Assembly (NCBI GenBank): GCA_021613535.1
Contig: CP075496.1
Span: forward strand, 4,898,001 to 4,962,000
Source: Adineta vaga
Lineage: Eukaryota > Animalia > Rotifera
DNA length: 64,000 nt
Direction: 5' to 3'
This document shows, piece by piece, positions 39,700 to 51,395 of the stretch. Position 1 is the first letter of the stretch; the number at the start of each line of letters is the position of its first letter. The notes beneath the pieces were generated by a model that saw nothing but the letters and a program-made list of their open reading frames with translations, ran no database searches and was not told the origin of the DNA. Made by a program: the position numbers and the translations under genes.

Positions 39700-42600
39700 C
39701 TGTGTCTTTTATTGTATTGTATGTTATTTACGCGTCGCAGATGCAAAGCTATCTATCTGTTGGCCATATAAAGAACAAAGATACCTCTAAATATACGATA
39801 TTATCGGATAATTTATTTAAATAAAAAATAATTAATTCATTCGTAAATGAAGATGTCATCAGAATTAGTAGAAGAAAAACATTACGTTTGATATTTTTCA
39901 GATGGCGCCACATGACAGCACATCGGTTTAAAGTATTATAGCATTCAAATATTTTATATCTTCACTTTTAAATAATTTCTTCAACAGTTTATCTATGTGA
40001 TTCACTAATTGTTCTTAGTCTTATTTTATAATTCTTCCAGTACTCTAATCAAGTTTCATTCATTCATTGCTTCAATTTGACTAATTCAAAAATGAAACGT
40101 ATCCATCATGAATTTTGTTTTGTCTCTCTGAGATGAAAGTAGTACTAAAATGAGCGTGGATGGTATCTTTATCTGTTCATGCACGCGAGACGATAGAGAT
40201 ATATGTGTGCCTAGCTGTTTTAAAACAAAATAATTTACAGGTAAACGAAATATGAGAAAGACAAATCGATTGTTGACGCCGCCCTTCGCTTTCATTCTTA
40301 TCTGATATGTTCAAAAGAAGCCAAAATTAATTTCACTGGTTATATCTAATGAAGATGAGCAGCGTGATTTATGATCTGTAACTTCGTTTGAACATAGATT
40401 TTCCATCGAGAAAAAAAAGAAAATAAATATCAAATAAGTGTTGACTCTGTCTTTTTATTTTATTTATATCCTTGACAAGATCACGAAGAAAAAAAAGTAG
40501 CATTTTATTCTATTTTGAATATCAACCAAATAAATTTCTATTCTCAAGGACTGTCACTAACTTTTGATTGTTTGATCTCTTTCGGTAAGATGCAATCGAC
40601 CAGTAACAACATAACACATGTCATTTGCGTGTGTATGAATCCTTTGATTGAAATGTGTAACGACTCTTGACTAAACGTGTTAATCATAGAAACTTTCGCT
40701 CCCTCTCTCTTTTTACACTTGTTATTATTGTTTTCATTTGTATGATGACTCTTGAGAGTTTGATGCGCATGTTTAAAATGAAAAGAAAGTTGTAAAATAA
40801 ACGGACATAGAGAAAAAAAGAAAATTACCATTTCAAACGGAAATGAAATGATGCAGAAAGAACATGGAATATAAAACGTTTAGTTCGATTAATTTGTTTA
40901 AATGACATCACGAATTTGTTGCCTATCTTCTCTTCTTTTTTCAATCAAATAACCGAACAAATCATTTCCTTGTGGTATTCAAATAGAATTCAATCGTGCG
41001 TAAAATAGTTGTTGATATCAATATATAGACTTCTCACACCTCATGATTGGTGTTGAAAATTATTGAATGAGCAAATCAAAATGTAAAGAAGAAAAAGAAG
41101 AGAAGTGAACGAGAAAAAATTTATTCCATCATAAAAATCATCGAACATATACATACAATTTACAATCATAAAATCATCATCTTTCCTCGGTCTATAAGCA
41201 TTATGGGTTTCAATAAGCAAAATCATCCAAATTATAACGATGTTTCTTTTACATACAATGACGACACCAGTATTGATGAATGTAAGTTTCTACTTGAAAT
41301 ATAGTTGTGTCTTAGAAATAGAACGAACAGAATATAGAATAGGTGCTATTAGATCCGTTTCTAACAGATGTTGAGAAGTAATTGAAGACGACAATAACAT
41401 GTTCTTCAATAATAGACACTAATCGAAACTTCCTGAAAGACAATCTATCTCTTCTTACTGTTATAATAATTCGTTTATTAGTTGAGAAAAAGAAAAAATC
41501 TTTATCTTTCAATTAAATCTATTTTTTTGTGTCTCTTTTGATCGGCTTCTTTCGTGTTTTTCAATGATCGATTGGATCGTTAGCGGTAAAAAAACGAAGA
41601 TGTGAACAAAAGACAAACTCTAAATAAGCAAACATTGACATGTGAAAGTGAATTGATGCTACTGCTGCGTTGATTTTTTATAACAGTTACACATATGTGA
41701 GAAAAATGATTGAAGTTAGTGAGATGTTAAACTGTTTTGTTATTTTATTTTTATTTTTATGTTCGATTCGATCATCGACTAAAACGATTGAGTTTCTTTT
41801 TCGTTCGTTATGAAAGTCAATTTTGTTTTAATGTTTAACCTTTACAGATCAATTATAAATGCCATCATATTAATGTGCCAATCGTTTCTTTGCATAATAG
41901 TCAAGTGTCGAGAAAATGAAGATACTAAACTACGTACTTTCTTCGATAGAGTTTGTCACGCGCACAGAAAAAAAGAAATATGAATAGAAGAGAGTATGCA
42001 ATCCCTGAAGTCTCTTTGCTAATATATAAATAGGTAGAGAGAGAGAGAGAGAGAGAGAATGAGTAATTGACTTTGATCTTTTGATAGTAAAGTAATCTAA
42101 TAATAAATGGCATATGAAATCAATCTGAATAACAGACACCTGCGTGTTTAATCAATACAAAAACTATGTTTAATGAGATTAGAAGAGAACAAAAAATAAT
42201 CATATTTTTCTTCTTCTTTTTTTTTAAATAAAAGAACGGAAAACGATTTGTTTTAAACGATCGTAAGGCGGAGATCAGGTGAAAACGTGTGATTATCTAT
42301 CGTTGATTAACGACATACCATTTTGTGGCTTGAGGCAATCTAAAATGAATGTTTATTGACCCTTAAAAATGTAAAATGGACATCTATAACTATCGCGTGT
42401 ATATTCAATTGTCGAATGTTCGATTTGATTTTCGTTGAAAGAAAACAAACGTTTGTCAAAAAAACAAAAAAAAGGGCGGACTCGAAATGATGATACTTAG
42501 GCCAATTAGCCGCATCCGATATTCGAAGACAGTAACAACGACATTTATATTCGACTTTCTAGTGATTTCTTTACAGTTTTATTTATAATATGTCTCATCT

Positions 42601-43060
42601 CTATTGTTCATGCAAAGTCTTATCCGTTTGACGAGACAATATCTGTTTACATTAAGTCCGATTTTCCTGAAGAAATAAACTGTTAATTATGCTTCTCATT
42701 GTTCACACCTCACGTTCATTCTATATTTAATGATATTAGCAATTATTTGCTTTCTTTTTCTTCCTCATCGACTTGATCAAATTAAAACAACGACGAATAG
42801 TTGACCAGTCATTGTTCTTAATGATCGTCGTCTTATTCTTCTCTCTTTCTCTCTCTTTAATCAACCAATCGAAAATCATTTTATTTCTTTCTCTCTTTTT
42901 CACATTCAATTATTGATCGAAGAGAACGAATAATCGTCAGGAGAACGCGCATGATAATGAAGATGAGAGAGAGAGAGAGAACGAAAAAAAATCTAAAGAG
43001 AGAATAAGAGAAATCGTCGACAACTGATAATCGAATATTTCATTTGAAGAAATAATAACC
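39700..43060. promoter_or_regulatory. Extended non-coding region upstream of even-skipped (shared divergently with BRD7/9); probable cis-regulatory DNA
   Basis: About 3.4 kb with no credible exon in an otherwise compact window. Contains GA tracts (42036-42058, 42965-42980), a GC box GGGCGG at about 42474 and a CCAAT at about 42502. Confidence 0.45.
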
Positions 43061-43924
43061 ATGATGTTAGGTAGTAATAGCTCATCAACATATCTATTAG
43101 GATCTAATTCACGAATACTTTCGGAAGAAAGTTTTTCGGATGATAATGGTAGGATGATATAAAGTTTAAATATGTATTATTATTCTTTTATCTTTTTGCA
43201 TTAGATGATTTAACAAATTCAAATGGAAATTTAACAAATCATATGAATAATAATATGAATTCATGTAATTCAAATGATGATAATATTCGTCGATATCGAA
43301 CAGCTTTCTCACGTGAACAATTAGCACGACTTGAAAAAGAATTTCTTCGAGAAAATTATGTTAGTCGACCAAGACGTTGTGAATTAGCAGCAGAATTACA
43401 ATTGCCAGAATCAACAATTAAGGTAAAAATTTCAATGAAATCCAGATCAATGAAATCATTGAAAGTATTGTTTTCATTAGGTTTGGTTTCAAAATCGACG
43501 AATGAAAGATAAAAGACAAAAACTTGCATTTGCTTGGCCAGGTTATCCTGGTGATCCATTCTCATATTTTTCCTATATGTATGCTGTTGCTGCCTCAGGT
43601 TATTCTTCTCCTGCTTCTCATGCTCCAAATCAATCAGGTATAAATCCTATTATTCCTTCAATAAATCCATTAGCAACAACTCCTGTTCGATTAGCACCTA
43701 CAAAAACTCGCTCTATCTCTACGACACACTTACTTAATGGATCAACAGATACAGTAACATCATATTCATCAGCATCATCACCAACATCATCCAGTTCATC
43801 ACCTAAACATACTCACATACAACATTCACCTGTTAAACCAACGATTAATTTTGCTTTACCAGCTATGGGTTTAGCATCATTTTTACCCAATGCAGTGAAT
43901 GACTCAGCAACTACAAATTCTTAA
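43061..43924 (+). CDS. evx: Even-skipped homeobox transcription factor (3 exons)
   Basis: [45 protein letters not shown]|[20 protein letters not shown] is the diagnostic Evx homeodomain; C-terminal FALP motif. Confidence 0.97.
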
Positions 43925-44609
43925 GAAACGAACATCTTCATTCTTCTCATATATTCTAGTCGAACAATGATTTTTTTTCTTCTTGGCCGTTCAAATCGAT
44001 ATTGTATAATAAAAATAAACAAACATTGATTTCTTTTTCTCTTTTGCCTTTGTCTTGTGTTTCATTTCAATTATCGTAAATAATAATAAAATTTACCTAT
44101 CGTAACACTTAATAAGAAAAAGAAGAGCTTTTCTGTCGGCATCCTTGTTGATCGCATCATCATCATGTCATCTATGATGAAGAGTTTTCTCTCCGATGTA
44201 TCATTAGTCAATTGCTTGTTAATCACCATGTTCACTCTTCTCATGTAATAATCAATAAATTCTATCATTTTTCAATGGATAAAAGAACGAACGACATAAA
44301 TCTTATCAATCACTTCTTTCACTCATTTGAGTTAAAATGTGTTCATATTAAAATATGAACAACGAAAAGGTGCCAATTGATAACGGCACACATCGTAAAA
44401 AACTAAAGAATTAAACAATCTCTTTCATGTTTCTATCAATACTTGAAACATCTAAGTGAAGTTTTATGATATTTTCTTCAATTTTTACATCATTATTATT
44501 ATCATTGATTTCTTTTGTCTGTTACCTTTCTCTTGAATGTTTATTTTCTCATTTAAAATAACAATAAAAAGAACAACAACAATGATAAAATCAGTTTTTT
44601 TTCTCGTCT

Positions 44610-44837
44610 TCACGCTTCTTTTGATGCCATATGACGTAAAAGACTTGCCATAAATTTCTCCGCCTTTTTCACATCTTGAGCATATTTTGTTTTATATTGT
44701 AGACAAGTTCGATTATCAGTTAAACGTAATATCAACTTTTCATTACGATATTTCAGACAAAGACGACAACCCATTGGATCATTGAGATAGAGTCGTTCAG
44801 CTTGCTTAGCAAATTCTTCCCACGATTGGATAAACAT
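44610..44837 (-). CDS. SRP9: Signal recognition particle 9 kDa protein (intronless CDS)
   Basis: MFIQSWEEFAKQAERLYLNDPMGCRLCLKYR..LILRLTDNRTCLQYKTKYAQDVKKAEKFMASLLRHMASKEA. Confidence 0.96.
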   Translation of the reverse strand: MFIQSWEEFAKQAERLYLNDPMGCRLCLKYRNEKLILRLTDNRTCLQYKTKYAQDVKKAEKFMASLLRHMASKEA

Positions 44838-45330
44838 CTGAAGAAATGTGAATATGCATACAGATATATATGAAGAAAGAAGTTATTCGTATAATCCTTT
44901 TTGTTTTGTTGTGTGTATGTGTGTGTGTATTTACTGTTAAGAACACAAGACAAAAAAAAATGAAGAGAATGATAAAAAGAAAAAGTTCTCATTCTGATGT
45001 ATCGATCTGAATGGATGAAACTAAAATAACTACAGAAAGAAATTATCTGAGAGTAGACAAGTACAAGATAGTAATATGATTACTTTATTTTCAACAAAAA
45101 AGACAGACTGAGAAAGAAGAAGACAAAAGAAAGTGAAATTAATCATACACACACACACACACACATAGAAATACACGATGATGATGATGATCATATATTG
45201 ACAATTAGACAAACTGAGATTGTGTTCTAATAATAGTATAAGAAAAAGAAAAAGAAAAACTTGTTTGCGAATGAATGTATGACAGATAAGAAAAGTATTG
45301 ACGAGAAAAAATGTTCATAATGATGATAAT

Positions 45331-46850
45331 TTAAAGTAATTGTAAATCGGAAAAACAACGTTCCATTTCATTTTGAAGATTTTTACAGCGATCACGTTCG
45401 GTTTGTAATTCTTCTAAAAAAAGTGCAAAAGAAAATATTTTATTAATTATTCATTTCATATTGAATAGTTTTAATCCGATCCTGTCATTTTCATTCTCTC
45501 CTATTCATTGTTTAAATCTTCAACTTTGAAATAAATGATGCAGAAAATTTAATATGTTAAAACGATGTAGATGAATATAAATTGTTTTTGAAATAAGCGT
45601 GTTAATAACCATATCATAACGTCTCTCGTGATTTCTCATTACAAACCTTCAAGTGTATCCACTTCACGCTGTAGTCGTTGAACTTGTTTGGTAGAATATT
45701 CGGCGCGATTTTCAGCCTAGACATGCAAACACAGCAATCAAAAATCATGCGGGTAGGAACAAAACAAAGACATAACAATGAAAGAAATCCTCTATTGAAA
45801 AGTACCTGCAAGATATTCTACTACTTTTTGTAGATCATATCGTTCAACAAAAACGAGATCTGATCGTCGTTCAGCCTATTAGGATTTCTTCCAAAAAAGA
45901 TAACTCACAAAAAGAATATTTCATCACTTACGTCTTTTAAATGTTGAGTAAGACGACGAACTTGATCTTCAGATATTTGCTCTTTATTTTGTGCCTATGA
46001 GAAAGAAAAATTCACAGAATTGTAGATTTAAATTTAAAAATTAGTTTTGACTGTCTTACATCGTCAATACGAGCTAAGAATGATTTTAATTGATGATGAA
46101 GATTTTTCATTTCTTGTTCCAATTCAAGACATCGTCTGTAGATAAGAAAAATAGTCAACTATTAGAATTTTGTTTTGAAGGATTTAACTTACGTTTCGGC
46201 TCGTTTAGCACGTTCTTCTGATTTTTCCAATTCATTTTCTTGAATTAATAATTTTCGTGCAACTTCATCATATTTCTTATCCGATTCTGCTGCAAGTGCC
46301 CGAGCTTCTTTTAATTGCACTTCAAGTATTTCTGTACGATCACTACCAAGATTTAATTGATTTTCTAACATTTTTCTTGATCTGTAAAAAAGAAATGTTA
46401 TTCTTATAATTCAAAATCCGAGAAAATAAACTTCACTGACCGTTCTCGTTCATCAGCTGTATGTGATGCTTCCTCGAGTTTAGTGGTTGTTTGTGTTAAA
46501 CGTTCTTCTGTTCGTTCGAGTTGTTCTTCAAATGAATGAAGTTTACGGGTTAATTGACTAACATCAGTATCTGCCTATGAAATCGAATAATAAAACTTAA
46601 GTTTAATCAAAGAAGAATTCAATGAAGAAAATGTTCAACATACAACTTCTCGGCCATGTCGTTCTTTTTCTAATTCTTTTCGTGCACGTTCTAAATCATC
46701 TTTAACTTGTTCAAGTTCATCACGTAATTGTTGCATTTTTTTTCGTAATGCATCAGCTGCTGCATTGTTCACTGTGGAACGTTGTAATGTACCCATAACA
46801 TTACTTGAATTAGCTTGAGCTGATGGTGATGTTGGAAGAAAACTTGACAT
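45331..46850 (-). CDS. Tropomyosin (low-molecular-weight type first exon; alternatively spliced)
   Basis: DALRKKMQQL, ADTDVSQLTRKL..LERTEERL..KLEEASHTADERER, LKEARALAAESDKKYDEVARKL..ELEKSEERA and LKDAENRAE: heptad coiled coil with the tropomyosin signature LKxAExRAE. Confidence 0.93.
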
Positions 46851-48477
46851 GATAAATATGTTTTACGGTTTCTATTTAATAATAAGACTAATATTCAGTC
46901 TATTTATTATGCATCTGAAAGAATGATAATAATGTGTATGGTATGAAAAAAATGAAATCGAATAATTTTTCTTTTCAAAAAATAAACAAACAAAATTAGC
47001 CAATCGGTCGATGGAATGGTAGCGACATCACTAGAGTGCAGAATCATTCGGAAAAAAATATATCGATTTAAAGAACATAACCGGAAATGTTGGTTACGTA
47101 GTTTAATAAGAAATCTGTTGATCTTCTACAGATGTTGACTTTTTTTTCATCTAAAAAGACCTTTTGTTTTTGTTTTGAAGAGAAAGAAAAATCTTATCGT
47201 TGATAATAATTTTCTTTTCGATGATGATGATGATGATGTAATAATATGAATCCAAAAGAAAAACATTCTAATGAAAAAAGTCAATCAACTTACGTATAAT
47301 TCAATGAATTCTTTACAAATATACATTGTCTAGTTGAATAAAAGAGAAAAATAACGGAAAGAAGAAGAAGAAGAAGAGTCAAGTTGTGTTTGACTTGGAA
47401 TCATCATCACCCATCCATCATCGCTGTCTCAACGAACGAAGAAAAGGAGAAAAAGAAAGACTGAACCAAACGATCTACTACTCATAATCATTGTTGTATC
47501 GATAAAAGCAGAGGGGGCAAGCAACTTACTCTTCACCATATGTACACCGATAAGGGCTTGTTTTGGTCGTTGTCCTTCCGTTCGTTCTTCTTTCTATGTC
47601 TTATTCTTTTCTTTTTTCCTTTTTCTCTCTCTCTCACGCATGTACTACCATTATTACTACGCAAGAAATAAGAAGTTTGCAACAGCACATATGTAGATTA
47701 GCTTCTTTTTTTATCATCGATAATAGAAGAGAAGAAGAAGAAGAAGAAAAAAGGAGACGCTTGCGTGAGTCAATGACCGACCACTGGTACTAAACAATCA
47801 TCTTATGCACGTTCTTTTTTTCTTTTTTTACTTCTGTTCAATTGACGAAAAAGCTCAGAAAAGAAAAAAAGCAGCTTACATGCAAGTGAATTGAACACAT
47901 ATGAAGAAACTTACTCAGTTTGTTGACGCGTACATGCGTAATCATAATACATGTCCTCACAACGAGAAAAAAAAGAGAAACGAAGGCAACATGAGTGACG
48001 AGAAGAAAAAATGTTACATATAAAATCGTATTTTATGTGTGTATGCATATATATATATATATACGAGCATATTCGGCACTATCGCATTGCTGATACATAG
48101 ATATTGAAGGAATTTGATGTTGGCAACATTATTATTACACACTCCTACTCTTATTTTCATCATTCAGCCTACACATTAAAAAACGTGTTGCTATTCGCTG
48201 CGTTATCAGAACGTGACATTTGACGAAGTAAATGAAATTTCAGTTCCTCTCTCTCTCCCTCTCTTACATCTGTATATACATGATCATGACATCGGCGGGC
48301 TTTTTTACATATATATATGTATATATACCTATACTAATAAACGAAAATGTACATTTATAATCGAAACAACGCGATGTACATAATTCAAGGATGGTTATAA
48401 ATAATAGGACTGACCTCTTCGTACTGATATGATTATTTGCATAAATATTTTCACCATCAATCGAATGTGTTAATACT

Positions 48478-48505
48478 TGAATGAATGAATGAATGAATGA
48501 ATGAA
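48478..48505. repeat. (TGAA)n microsatellite
   Basis: About 7 perfect TGAA units. Confidence 0.9.
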
Positions 48506-48908
48506 GGAACGAATAGACAGAAGCCGAATAAACTGAAATCGCACGTCAAAATGGAACAGTGACACTTTAACGAATACATCGAACAAAAAAGAATCCATAA
48601 CAAAACTTGTTCTTGTCTAGTCCAGATAATAAAATCAAGAAATCTTATTGATTTTAATCAAGGTTTTCAAAACAAAAGAGTCGATGAAGATGAGACCTTC
48701 CGTTTCGTTTTTTTTCAATGTACATCGATTACATTTATACGGCGCGTTTTTTTTAAGGTTACATTAGAAATACCTTTTCTCATTGAAAGAAAAAAAACGG
48801 AAGGAGAAAAGAAGAGATGTAAAAATAAATTATTTATTGTTGCTTCAAGTCTAAAAATGATAATAAGAACAAAAACAATACGACTAAATCTCGACTATTG
48901 ACAAGAAG

Positions 48909-50628
48909 ATGATTGTTCTATTGCCCGGTGGTAAAATTATTGATTATAAACGTTTTTTGTTTTGTAATTTTTTCTTTCCGGATATTTAGGCAAAAACTTA
49001 ATGCTAGTTGTAATCGTTTTAATAAATTCTTTGCCAAATGTTATCCTAACTGATTGTCCATTATTACGTAGTTTTATCAATGATACCGGTATTCTTTCGG
49101 TGAATAAAATGATATTAACACATTCGGAATCAACTATTCAATGTCAATGGTTAATAGTTGGTTCAACACATCAGGTTATATAATTTCTTCTTGTTCATTT
49201 TTTTGTTTTATAATCAAAAGTTTTAATTACATAGCGTATTGTTGTCGAATTCGATTATATATTAATTCCTGTTCCAATCGAAGAATATTTAACAGCACGT
49301 TGTCAACGTGCTTCAATTAATTTATGGACACCAGGATTAGAACATGAAAAGGTTCAATTATGTGGTGATCGTCGTCATATTCGAGTAGGTGGAGTAGGAC
49401 AAACATTGATGGTTCAACTACAGATTAATGATAGAAAACTTGATGTAAGTTTTCATATGCATTATCAACTTATTCAAATAGAACGTAAAGTGTTTTGTTT
49501 TCATCAATCATTTGTTTATTTAATTGATTTGTTTTGTTATTAAGAAGCATTAAGTACACCATCTTATTTGAGTAATCCATCGAAAGTATCAACAGAAACC
49601 TATGCTGGTAACTAATATGATTTCAAAATTTCTCTACACAAAGATTTGATTCTTTCAAATAGAATGTGGAATAACTTCGATCAAAGATTCTACAAGTTTT
49701 CGACGAGTTTCTAGTCGTATTGTTGGTGGTCGTCAAGCAGTACCACATAGTCATCCATGGCAAGTTCTTCTTAATATCTATGGCAAATTTTGCGGAGGTT
49801 AGATTTAATTTACTCTATTTATTTTATGTTTCGTATGTTTCATTTAGCTGCTGTTCTGAATACCAATTGGATCATAACTGCAGCACATTGTGTCAATGGG
49901 TATTTTTCTTTTCAACGCATAAAAATCAATATTACTCTCTATTCAATATAGAACCAATCCAGGGAATGTTTCAGCAGAGTTCGGTATTCATGATCGATAT
50001 ATTACAGAACAATCACGAATAACAAGAAAGATCAAACGAATTGTTGTTGTATGTATTCATTCGAATCGTTTTATTTTTCGTTATGTACAATTAAGTTCTG
50101 ATTTTTTAAATAGTATCCATCCTATTATGGTAAATCTACTCGTTGGATGCATGATATTGCTTTACTTGAACTATCCGAATCACTCGTATTTAATTCATAT
50201 ATTCGATCGATTTGTATTTCATCAATTCGTGATTTTGTGCATGTTGGTAAGCGAACATTGGTGACAGGCTGGGGAGAAACTCAAGGTACGGGAAATTTCC
50301 GATATTTACGTGAAGTAGAAGTACCTATTCAATCGAATGATCAATGTGGTCTGGAGAGCACTCTTTGGTCGACAACTTTTTGTGCAGGTTTTTGTGCAAA
50401 TTCAACTTGTGATGCATGTCAAGTATGTTTCTGCCGAGGAAAATAACGATTGAAAATAAATTTTTAAATGATTTGTAGGGTGATTCAGGTGGACCAATGA
50501 TTGTTTTACATAAAGATCGTTGGCATTTAGTTGGATTAATATCATGGGGTTTTAGTTGTGCTGGTCTTGGTGTATATACAAAAATATCTTATTATACTGA
50601 ATGGATTACAAAAATTGTTTATCGTTAA
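48909..50628 (+). CDS. Secreted CUB-domain trypsin-like (S1A) serine protease, multi-exon
   Basis: Hydrophobic leader, CUB-like CQWLI..RIVVEF..LCG, activation site R|IVGG, HSHPWQV, TAAHC, HDIALL and DACQGDSGGP. The catalytic triad is intact and the S1 Asp is present. Confidence 0.93.
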
Positions 50629-50750
50629 AATATCAAATATGATATATTGCTTGAGTAGACATATTTATTGATGTAAATAATAAAACTATCGATGAGAATC
50701 TATCAATGATCTATATAAGCGAGATTAAATGTTAGTTATCTTGTTATTTT

Positions 50751-51305
50751 TTAAGTTGTAGCTTTGAGGTTAACATCAATATTATTGCGTGTTGCATCTA
50801 GATAAATCAATGTATAGTCGAATGTTTTGTTTCTGAAGTATAACTTACGAGAATAAGGACAGATTTGATGTGCTACTTTAACAATAGCATCTGCATCTGC
50901 TTGACTAGCACCTGGCAGTTTTGCTGTTAAGTCAACCTTCAAACCTAAATTTCCATTTGTATGTTTACCAATACTCACAGCTGCACTAACAGTTGTTGAT
51001 TTTGGTAATGTTTTTTTCAAATTTTTTGCTGCTAAACCCATAGCACCTAAGAAACAACCACTATAACCAGCAGCAAATAACTCTTCTGGATTAGTTCCAT
51101 CATTACCACCAGAACCACCGAGTTCTTTTGGTTTAACTAATTTCACATCTAAATGTGATGGATTATCATCACATTTAGCATGACCATCTCGACCACCAGT
51201 AGATGTACAATGTGCCGTATACAAGACTGAATAGGCACGCATTGATCCACCGATTGGATTAATACCACGAAAGGATGTTAATGAACGAAGAATATTCTGA
51301 GACAT
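50751..51305 (-). CDS. ohr: Organic hydroperoxide resistance peroxidase (Ohr/OsmC family) with mitochondrial-presequence-like extension; one intron at 50798-50848
   Basis: VLYTAHCTSTGGRDG, PKELGGSG..GTNPEELFAAGYSGCFLGAM, VSIG and AHQICPYS|HATRNNIDV. Both catalytic Cys, the Arg and the Glu of Ohr are present. Confidence 0.95.
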   Translation of the reverse strand: MSQNILRSLTSFRGINPIGGSMRAYSVLYTAHCTSTGGRDGHAKCDDNPSHLDVKLVKPKELGGSGGNDGTNPEELFAAGYSGCFLGAMGLAAKNLKKTLPKSTTVSAAVSIGKHTNGNLGLKVDLTAKLPGASQADADAIVKVAHQICPYSRKLYFRNKTFDYTLIYLDATRNNIDVNLKATT

Positions 51306-51395
51306 CTAAAAATATGAGAAAGATTCGATATGAGTTTTGTTTTTACTAACAGATTAATTGATTGTAGAAAAAAAAAATATGAAAGATATAGATGT

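Noticed and set aside
50751-51305. ohr as bacterial contamination
   Set aside because: It has a spliceosomal intron and host-like AT-rich codons, and is contiguous with metazoan genes on both sides.
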